Of a stretch of 64,000 nt of DNA, positions 56,674-64,000 are shown piece by piece. The notes under the pieces were generated by a model. That model was not told the origin of the DNA, did no database searches, and saw nothing but the letters and a program-made list of their open reading frames with translations. Origin of the DNA: Acidimicrobiales bacterium (GTDB lineage Bacteria > Actinomycetota > Acidimicrobiia > Acidimicrobiales > SZUA-35); the NCBI GenBank assembly GCA_037968895.1, contig JBBKWJ010000117.1, positions 16,497 to 80,496 of the forward strand, given 5' to 3'. A program made the position numbers and the translations under genes. Position 1 is the stretch's first letter; each line of letters starts with the position of its first letter.

Positions 56674-58418
56674 TGTCCCGCTCCTTCAGTACCGATGAGT
56701 CCGAGCGCAATCGCTGATCGCACGGCTATCGAGGCTGCGTGTCCGAAGCCGCAGATTGATGCGTCTTTCAGGACCTGGTCCATATCGTCCAACAGGGTCA
56801 GGTCGGCTTGCGAGAATGTGCCTTTGCTTCTGATAACGAGCTCGTGCTGGCGAACCGTCCCGACTCGACACGGCACGCACTGCCCGCAGCTCTCGTCGCG
56901 GAAGAACTTGGCGACCCGCTCAACAACAGGAAAGAAGTCAGTCTCGTCGTTGAACACCATGACAACGCCAGAGCCAAGCGAGACTCCGTTGGCTCGTGCA
57001 TCTTCGAGCGTGAGTGGCATGTCGAGCAGTTCAGGGCCAACAAACGTGCCCGCGGCACCACCGACGAGGACCGAACGGAGGGTGCCAGTTACCCCGCCAG
57101 CCAGATCGATGACTTCACGCATGGTTGTTCCGAATGGAGCCTCATAGACACCGGGCTTGGCCACGTGCCCACTGAGGCAGAAGAGTTTTGGCCCCGTCGA
57201 TCCAGCGGTTCCGATTTTGGCGAACTCCGCTCCCCCATCAAGAACGATGTCAAGCACGTTAAGCAGCGTCTCGGGGTTGTTGATCGCCGTTGGTTCTCCG
57301 AAAAGACCGTGCGTGACCGGGAACGGCGGCTTCTGCCGCGGCTCACCCCGGTAACCCTCGATTGAAGCGAACAGCGCCGTTTCTTCGCCACAGATATAGG
57401 CGCCAGCGCCGCGCCGGAGTTCGATATCAAAACTGAACGACGATCGGGCGATATTGTCACCCAAGAAGCCGATATCTCGGGCCTGAGCGAGCGCGTTCTC
57501 CAACCGTTGTGTGGCAAGCGGGTACTCGCCCCGAATATAGATCCATCCCTTGCTTGCGCCGGTGGCGAACGCAGCAATCGTTGCCGCTTCGATCACAGCA
57601 AAGGGATCATTCTCCATCACGTAACGGTCTTTGAAGGTACCCGGCTCCGACTCGTCGGCATTAACGACAACGTGCTTCTGACCTGACTCAGCCGCGACAG
57701 CGCGCCACTTCACACCGGTGGGAAACGCCGCTCCGCCCCGGCCCATAAGTCCGGAGGCGGCAACTTCCTCGACGATCGCGGGTGCCCCGAGGGTGAACGC
57801 TTTGGCTAGCGCCTTATAACCGCCGAAGGCGATGTATGACTCGACGCTCGCAGGATCGACTCGACCGACTCGGCCAAGCAATTTCAGCGTCGGGTCACCA
57901 AGCTGAGGGACGACGACGGGGTCGCTGTCGGCGGCAACGGAGTCGGCCTGGTTTCGACCTTGGACGTACAGAGCAGGGGCACGCTCGCACTGGCCCAAGC
58001 AGGGACTTGAGTGAGCGGCAACACCATCGTTCTTGAGTTGAGCCAGAAGGTCAGGACCTCCAGCAATATGACAGGCGACGTCGACGCACACATGCGTAAT
58101 GTCGCCGTCGGTTTCTGGCTCGTCGGTTCGCAGCAGATCATAGAAGGTGGCTACCCCGTAGGCCTCCGCAGGCGGCACTTGGAGCTGGGTCGACACGTAG
58201 TTGAGCCCACCGGGGCTGATCCAGCCAGCCGCACGCTGGAGCGCGTGCAGGCATGGCAGCAGGTGTTGGCGTCGTTCGTCGATTCGGCGTTTGCCGCCTC
58301 GGATGAGTCGCTCGGTTTCTTGAATCAGGGCAGGACCCTGGCTGGCGTCGACTACGGCGTCAACGGCCTCGATCTCGAGGGCGCTTGCGGTGTCGGTACC
58401 AACATAGAGATCAGCCAA
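56670..58418 (-). CDS. NuoE-NuoF fusion diaphorase subunit (FdsG/FdsB-like)
   Basis: VATFY, CVDVAC, CLGQC; GRGGAAFPTG.KW, NADESEPGTFKDR, GAGAYICGEETAL, ESCGQC.PCR, C.FG. Start TTG 58418 after GAGGGAG. Confidence 0.92.
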   Translation of the reverse strand: MADLYVGTDTASALEIEAVDAVVDASQGPALIQETERLIRGGKRRIDERRQHLLPCLHALQRAAGWISPGGLNYVSTQLQVPPAEAYGVATFYDLLRTDEPETDGDITHVCVDVACHIAGGPDLLAQLKNDGVAAHSSPCLGQCERAPALYVQGRNQADSVAADSDPVVVPQLGDPTLKLLGRVGRVDPASVESYIAFGGYKALAKAFTLGAPAIVEEVAASGLMGRGGAAFPTGVKWRAVAAESGQKHVVVNADESEPGTFKDRYVMENDPFAVIEAATIAAFATGASKGWIYIRGEYPLATQRLENALAQARDIGFLGDNIARSSFSFDIELRRGAGAYICGEETALFASIEGYRGEPRQKPPFPVTHGLFGEPTAINNPETLLNVLDIVLDGGAEFAKIGTAGSTGPKLFCLSGHVAKPGVYEAPFGTTMREVIDLAGGVTGTLRSVLVGGAAGTFVGPELLDMPLTLEDARANGVSLGSGVVMVFNDETDFFPVVERVAKFFRDESCGQCVPCRVGTVRQHELVIRSKGTFSQADLTLLDDMDQVLKDASICGFGHAASIAVRSAIALGLIGTEGAGQ

Positions 58419-60354
58419 CGGGGGCTCCCTCGGTAGTGGCGTTCTCGAGCCGATCAATTCGGATTGAGGCGGCCTTGAATTCGGCGGTGCCAGATTGGCG
58501 ATCCCACTCGTCGCTCGTGATGAGGTTGATGTCGACGAGCTCAGGGAAATGGAATGTGGTGAAGGCCAGACCGACTGGCAGGTCAGGCTGGATTCGGATA
58601 GCCATCCGAACGGTGCCGCGTGGCGACGACACATCGACGGTTTCACCGTCGGAAACGCCGAGTGCCGTTGCGTCGGTCGGGCTGACATCGAGAGCATCGC
58701 CGTAACGAATTGGCGAAGCAAAGCCGTCTGACTGGACACCAGTGTTGAATGAGTCGAGGGCCCGCCCGGTTGTGAGGCGTAGCGGGAACTCTTCGGTCAA
58801 CTGCTCCTTTGGCCCTTCGTGGTCGACCACGGTGAACGGGGCAGGACTGCGTCCTTCGAGATCGTCAGCCCAGAGCCAACCATGAAGAAATGGCGTCCCC
58901 GGATGGTCAAGATCGACACACGGCCACTGAAGACCGCCCTCGGCCTCAAGACGGTCCCAGCTCATGCCTGCATGCGCCGGCGAGAGCTGGCGGAGTTCGT
59001 CCCACAGCTCATTCGCGGTCGGGCGACCCCAGTCGGTGCCCATGGCAGTCGCGATGTCGGCGATGATGTCGATGTCGTGCCGGCATTCGCCGGGCGGCGG
59101 AACCGCAGCCCTGACTCGCTGGACACGGCGTTCTGACGACGTAACCGTTCCGTCGGCTTCAGCCCAACCAACTGATGCGGGAAGCACGACGTCGGCGAGT
59201 TCTGCGGTTCTGGTCAGGAAGATGTCTTGTACAACCAGCATGTCGAGGCCAGAAAGCAGCTTCCGTGCGTGAGCCACATCGTTTTCGGAATCGGCCGGGT
59301 TTTCACCAATGCAGTACGCCGCCTTGATCTTGCCCTCACCCATCGCTTCAAACATGAGCGTGAGGTGCAGGCCCTTTTCGGCGGGAATATCGCAGCCGTA
59401 CATGGCCTCGAACTTGCCCCGCAAGGCAGGGTTGGTGACGTCTTGGAAGCCGGGAAGCTTGTCTGGCAGCGAGCCCATGTCGCCACCGCCCTGGACATTG
59501 TTCTGTCCACGTAATGGCACAAGCCCAGAACCCCAGCGGCCGACGTGGCCGGTGAGCAAAGCAAGGTTGCAGAGCGAAAACACGTTGTTGACGCCGTTGT
59601 GGTGCTCGGTGATACCGAGTGTCCAGAGAATCTGAGCTTGCTCGGCGGTGGCATACGCGTGCGCCATCTCAGCAATAGCGGCCGCTGGGACTCCGGTTAT
59701 GCGGGCGCCTTCTTCGATGGTCCATGGAGCAACTGAAGCGGCAAAGGCTTCGAAGCCAGTTGTCGAATGGTCAATGAACGCCTTGTCATGAAGGTCGTTA
59801 GCGATGATGTAGTTAGCGACCGTGTTGGCCAGCGCGATGTCGGTTCCGACATTGAGTCCGAGCCAGGCGTCGGCAAACTTTGCCGACGACGTGAGGCGAG
59901 GGTCGACCGCATACATCGTGGCTCCGTTGCCGATCCCCTTCAACAGGTGATGGAAATAGATGGGATGAGCCTCGCGGGCGTTCGATCCCCACAGCAGCAC
60001 GACATCGGTTGTTTCAACTTCGGTGTACGACGATGTGCCGCCACCTGCTCCAAAGACTGTCGCCAGACCGACGACGGAAGGAGCGTGTCAAGTTCGGTTG
60101 CAGGAGTCGATGTTGTTTGTGCCCAACACCGTCCTGGTGAATTTCTGCGCCGCGTAGTTCATCTCGTTTGTGCTCTTTGAACAGCTGAACACCGCGAAAG
60201 CGTCTGGCCCGTGAGCTTCTTTGACCGCGCCAAAACCCTCTGCGATTCGAGTTAGAGCCTCGTCCCAGCTTGCTTCACGAAGGGCGCCGTTTTCGCGGAC
60301 GAGTGGCGTCGTTAGCCGGGGCCGAGCCGACGCCGAATTAGATCGTCTTTTCAT
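58411..60354 (-). CDS. Selenocysteine-containing Mo/W-bisPGD formate dehydrogenase catalytic subunit (647 aa, Sec89)
   Basis: Track ORFs 60088..60408 and 58411..60000 are one frame separated by TGA at 60088-60090 in DSCNRT-U-HAPS. PLRGQNNVQG, TGR and EFK motifs present. AGGAG precedes ATG 60354. Confidence 0.9.
60047..60084 (-). promoter_or_regulatory. Bacterial SECIS-like hairpin 3' of the UGA
   Basis: GCTCC...GTCGTC-GGTCT-GGCGAC...GGAGC, with a G-containing apical loop about 20 nt after the UGA. Confidence 0.75.
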
Positions 60355-60546
60355 CGAGACTCCTCTAAAGGTAAAAAGATAGCGAACCGCATGGTGGAAC
60401 GGATCCACTACGTGGTGTGCACCGACGTTATGCTAGCCGAAATGGGACATTTGTCTCAGCGGCAGAGCAACAAGTGTCACAGAATAAGCTGACGACTCGC
60501 TAGCGTCGTCCAGAACCACTCTCCCCCATCGCCGAGGACGGACGAC

Positions 60547-62265
60547 ATGCGCTGGTCGCAGCTGTACACCCCAACACTACGAGATGCCCCCGGCGACGCA
60601 GTTGCTCCGAGCCACCAGCTCCTTATTAGGGGTGGTTTTATCCGTCAGCTGCATGCGGGCCACTACTCGCTCCTGCCGCTCGGTTGGAGGGTTCACAACA
60701 AGGTCGCCAATATTGTCCGTGACGAGGTAAACGGCATCGGCGGCCAAGAGTTTTTGCTGCCGACCATGCACCCAGCCAGCATCTGGCAGGAGTCGGGCCG
60801 TTGGGACACCATGGGCGACATCATGTTTCGACTCACCGACCGCAAGGGCGCCGACCTAGCCCTTGGCATTACCCACGAAGAGATCTTCACTACCGTGGCC
60901 ACCGAACTCAGCAGCTACAAGCAATTGCCCCAGCTCTGGTATCAAATCCAGCTGAAGTTCCGCGATGAGGCACGGCCAAAGAGTGGTTTGCTTCGCGTAC
61001 GCGAGTTTGCAATGAAAGACTCGTACAGCTTCGACGTTGATCAAGCTGGCCTCGACGCTCAGTTCGACGCACACAACGGCGCCTATCAGCGCATCTTCAA
61101 GCGCCTCGGCATTCCATCGTTCGGCGTCGAAGCATCTTCAGGCGCAATGGGTGGTAGTGACTCAATTGAGTTCATGACGCCATCAGACGCGGGCGAAGAC
61201 GACGTGATCCGCTGCACTTCATGTGACTACGCAGCCAACATCGAAAAGGCCACGTCAGTGGTTCCCGCGATCGACGACCCTGCCCCACCAGCCGCACCCG
61301 AGAAATTCGCAACTCCTGGCGTCGTCACTATTGCGGCCCTTGAGGCGTTCGAAGGTGGCGCGGCTGCCGACCGGCAACTTAAGACCCTCGTGATGATGCT
61401 CGACGAGGTCATCACGCTCGTCGTCGTTCGTGGCGATCACCAGCTGAGCACCCAGAAACTGCTCGACGCAACCGGCACCATCGAAGCACGGCCAGCATCG
61501 GAAGCCGAGACCTTCGCTGCCCTTGGGGCGCATCCTGGCAGCCTCGGCGCGGTTGGCGTTACCGATCATGCAGTCATTGCCGACGTCTCGCTTGAAGGCC
61601 GGACGTCAATGACTACTGGCGCCAACGAAGACGGATTCCACTGGCGTGGGGTCGACGTGGGTCGCGACCTAGTGGTCGGTCAGTGGGCCGACCTTCGCGA
61701 GGTCAAAGTCGGTGAGGCGTGCATCAATTGCGGCTCGTTGCTCGAGGTCGTACGGTGCATCGAGATCGGTCACATCTTCAAACTTGGCACCCTCTACAGC
61801 GAGAAGTTCGGCGTAACGGTTGCCGACCCTGACGGCAAAGATGTGCCGGTCACGATGGGCAGCTATGGCATCGGCATCGGCCGCAATATGGCCAGCTCGG
61901 TCGAGGCCAACTACGACGACAAAGGCATCGTCTGGCCCGTATCTATCGCTCCGTATGAAGCGGTCATCACTCTCATGCGAGTCGACGACGAGACGCTCGC
62001 CGCTGGCAACGCAATCTATGACGACCTTCGCGCCGCTGGCGTCGATGTGTTGCTCGACGATCGAGATGCCAGGGCAGGCGTAAAGTTTGCCGACTCCGAA
62101 CTCATTGGCATTCCTTACCGGGTCACGCTCGGGCCACGAGGGTTGAAGAGCGGCGAGGCCGAATACACCATCAGAGCGACGGGCGAGACCACCAACGTGC
62201 CGATGGCCGCCATCGCTGGCGTGGTCAGCGAAGCGGTGCGCTCGGCCCACGCCGCCCTCCGCTAA
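60547..62265 (+). CDS. proS: Proline--tRNA ligase (with insertion editing domain)
   Basis: PTLR, SH.LL.RGG, W.ESGRW, THEE, KFRDE.RP, REF.MKD.YSF, IE.GHIF.LG, MGSYGIG, GVKF.D.ELIG. Confidence 0.97.
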   Translation: MRWSQLYTPTLRDAPGDAVAPSHQLLIRGGFIRQLHAGHYSLLPLGWRVHNKVANIVRDEVNGIGGQEFLLPTMHPASIWQESGRWDTMGDIMFRLTDRKGADLALGITHEEIFTTVATELSSYKQLPQLWYQIQLKFRDEARPKSGLLRVREFAMKDSYSFDVDQAGLDAQFDAHNGAYQRIFKRLGIPSFGVEASSGAMGGSDSIEFMTPSDAGEDDVIRCTSCDYAANIEKATSVVPAIDDPAPPAAPEKFATPGVVTIAALEAFEGGAAADRQLKTLVMMLDEVITLVVVRGDHQLSTQKLLDATGTIEARPASEAETFAALGAHPGSLGAVGVTDHAVIADVSLEGRTSMTTGANEDGFHWRGVDVGRDLVVGQWADLREVKVGEACINCGSLLEVVRCIEIGHIFKLGTLYSEKFGVTVADPDGKDVPVTMGSYGIGIGRNMASSVEANYDDKGIVWPVSIAPYEAVITLMRVDDETLAAGNAIYDDLRAAGVDVLLDDRDARAGVKFADSELIGIPYRVTLGPRGLKSGEAEYTIRATGETTNVPMAAIAGVVSEAVRSAHAALR

Positions 62266-62294
62266 AAGTACACGTACCAGGTACGTGTACTTTT
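62264..62294. terminator. 15-bp perfect palindrome between convergent genes; likely bidirectional terminator
   Basis: AAAAGTACACGTACC-a-GGTACGTGTACTTTT. Confidence 0.75.
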
Positions 62295-62298
62295 GCTT

Positions 62299-64000
62299 TT
62301 AGCTGACGGGTTCTTTATCCCGGGCTGCTTCACCGATGAGCAAGTCGTGGTGGCCGGATCCTTCGACGTTGAGCTCAGGCAAGATCTTGTCGATCCAGGC
62401 CGGCAGCCACCAATTGCGTTCGCCGAGCAACTCCATGGTTGCGGGCACGAGCAACATACGAACAAGAGTGGCGTCGAGCAGCACCGCTGCGGCCAGGCCC
62501 GTACCGAAAAGCTTGATGATTCGATCGTCTTCAAACAAGAAACTTCCGAAGACCACGACCATGATGGCTGCGGCTGCGCTTATCACGCGAGCCGTGGCGG
62601 CGAGGCCGTCAGCGACTGAGTTTCGAGCGTCACCATGGCGCTCGTACTCTTCCTTGACTCGCGACAAGAGGAACACTTCGTAGTCCATCGAGAGTCCGAA
62701 AACAATGGCGAACAACATCATTGGAATGAAGGGCTCGATTGGCGCAGGCTCAACCCCGGTAAAGCCGTTGAACCAACCCCACTGGAAGATGGCAACAACG
62801 ACGCCATAGGCCGATGCGATCGAAAGCATGTTCATAACAACGGCTTTGAGCGGAACGAGGAGAGACCGGAAGACCGCCATCAGCAAAATGAACGACAGTG
62901 CCAGCACGACACCGAGGAAGATCGGCAAGCGACCAGAGAGGTAGCTCGTGAAGTCGATGTTGGCCGGGACGGCGCCAGTCAGATTGGCGGTGACACCCGT
63001 TTCGCGAGCTATCGGAGCAATGACCTGCGACCGGAGCCGTTCGACGGTCTCTTGGGTGACGCTGTCCTGGGGCGACGTAGTCGGGATGATCTGGACCAGG
63101 TAGGCGGGTGACGCCTCTGGGTTCGCAAAGTCGCTCGGGATTGCTTGGGCGAGGACGACTCCAGGATCGGCCTGCACGGCCTCGACCAGTTGCCCAACAG
63201 CTGCGGGGCCAGACTCGCCAACCTCAATGGCAAGGATAAATGGCCCGTTTGTGCCTGGACCAAATCCCTCAGCAACGAGGTCGTACGCCTTACGTGTGGT
63301 GCTTTCTTCTGCGTAGTTGCCTTCATCTGAGAAGCCAAGGTGCAGGCTAAAAACCGGTGCGGCGAGCAGGACGAGTATTCCGCCGCCAACGGCGAGGGCT
63401 ACCCATGGACGATGCTGGATTGCCCGGCTCCACTTGTAGGCCGTTGTTTCGCGCACCGGTCGCTCGACTCGAGGAGGAACCTCACGCTTGAGTGGCTCGA
63501 CAAAGAAGCCAGCGAGCATGGTCAACGCGGCGAAGCCGACTCCGACGAAGAACAGAACCGGAATACCAAGGCCTGCGCCGAGAAGTGCAACGGCAGCGCC
63601 ACCGGCTGCGAGCAAGCCTCGCCATCGGGTGACTTCGACCCGGTGCTGAGCGAAGCCAAGCAGAGCGGGAAGCAGGGTGAGCGAGGCGACCATGGTTATC
63701 GCAACGGTCGTTGCCGCTGCAATACCCATACCCGAGACAAACGCGAGACCCATCAGCAACATGCCGAGCAAGGAAACTACGACGGTAACGCCCGCGAATG
63801 ACACGGCACGACCGGCAGTATCCATTGCCACGACAGTGGCGTCTTCGTGAGAGAGACCGGCCCGCGTGCCCTCGCGGTAGCGAGTGACAATGAACAAGGC
63901 GTAGTCGATTCCAACGCCAAGGCCAATCATGGCGCCGATGGATGGTGCAAAGTCGGGGATCTTGACGACGTGTGTCATGAGCCCGATGCTTCCTGCACCG
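62299..64000 (-). CDS. MMPL/RND-family transporter, 5' truncated by window
   Basis: GVGIDYALF...RYRE, TAGRAV, FGLSMDYEVFL.SR, DAT.VR..LVPA. Confidence 0.95.
   Translation of the reverse strand, partial: GAGSIGLMTHVVKIPDFAPSIGAMIGLGVGIDYALFIVTRYREGTRAGLSHEDATVVAMDTAGRAVSFAGVTVVVSLLGMLLMGLAFVSGMGIAAATTVAITMVASLTLLPALLGFAQHRVEVTRWRGLLAAGGAAVALLGAGLGIPVLFFVGVGFAALTMLAGFFVEPLKREVPPRVERPVRETTAYKWSRAIQHRPWVALAVGGGILVLLAAPVFSLHLGFSDEGNYAEESTTRKAYDLVAEGFGPGTNGPFILAIEVGESGPAAVGQLVEAVQADPGVVLAQAIPSDFANPEASPAYLVQIIPTTSPQDSVTQETVERLRSQVIAPIARETGVTANLTGAVPANIDFTSYLSGRLPIFLGVVLALSFILLMAVFRSLLVPLKAVVMNMLSIASAYGVVVAIFQWGWFNGFTGVEPAPIEPFIPMMLFAIVFGLSMDYEVFLLSRVKEEYERHGDARNSVADGLAATARVISAAAAIMVVVFGSFLFEDDRIIKLFGTGLAAAVLLDATLVRMLLVPATMELLGERNWWLPAWIDKILPELNVEGSGHHDLLIGEAARDKEPVS

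Noticed and set aside
60391..60403. T-box upstream of proS (GGTGGAACGG)
   Set aside because: It lacks the UGGNACC core, and no stem I or terminator arrangement is evident.
58411..60408. FDH as a pseudogene or two separate genes
   Set aside because: The stop is an in-frame UGA at the catalytic ligand position and is followed by a SECIS-like hairpin.
60355..60425. Moco/Wco riboswitch before fdh
   Set aside because: The inferred leader is only about 70 nt with one hairpin, too small for that motif.
380..63801. Numerous long alternative-frame and antisense ORFs in the track
   Set aside because: They are shadow ORFs expected in GC-rich DNA. They overlap well-supported genes, are Arg/Ser/Pro-rich and lack family motifs.
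1..64000. tRNA (including tRNA-Sec), rRNA, IS or prophage
   Set aside because: No cloverleaf, rRNA-like tract, transposase, integrase or phage gene was recognised, and the intergenic gaps are short.

Overview
GC-rich (roughly 60% by eye), gene-dense chromosomal window from an actinobacterium, probably of class Acidimicrobiia. This is inferred from two WhiB proteins, a PdtaS-type kinase, DUF3107, paired ArsA-like ATPases, a class E sortase, MMPL and many leaderless-type starts. Most genes are housekeeping: a type IIA topoisomerase pair (A then B), a HelD-like motor, ferrochelatase, a sugar ABC importer with a LacI-type operator, ETF, a whiB1/pdtaS block, Mrp/SufR, a heterodimeric ABC exporter, a complete System I ccm operon (including a 46-aa CcmD absent from the ORF track), proS and MMPL. 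No rRNA, tRNA, CRISPR array, transposase or prophage was recognised. Best leads: (1) a LysR-regulated two-gene unit that looks like an NAD+-dependent sulfoquinovosidase plus a sulfoquinovose monooxygenase; (2) a selenocysteine (UGA + SECIS) formate dehydrogenase whose large subunit is split and gene-permuted around a NuoE-NuoF fusion; (3) a dispersed palindrome family with a compensatory base change; (4) a degenerate Hsp70-like protein; (5) an 11-codon leader ORF coupled to corA; (6) a 59-aa Sm/SH3-like protein; (7) a natural EGDSA-to-EGNSA change in the topoisomerase B subunit. All family calls come from motif recognition by eye; no database searches were run.
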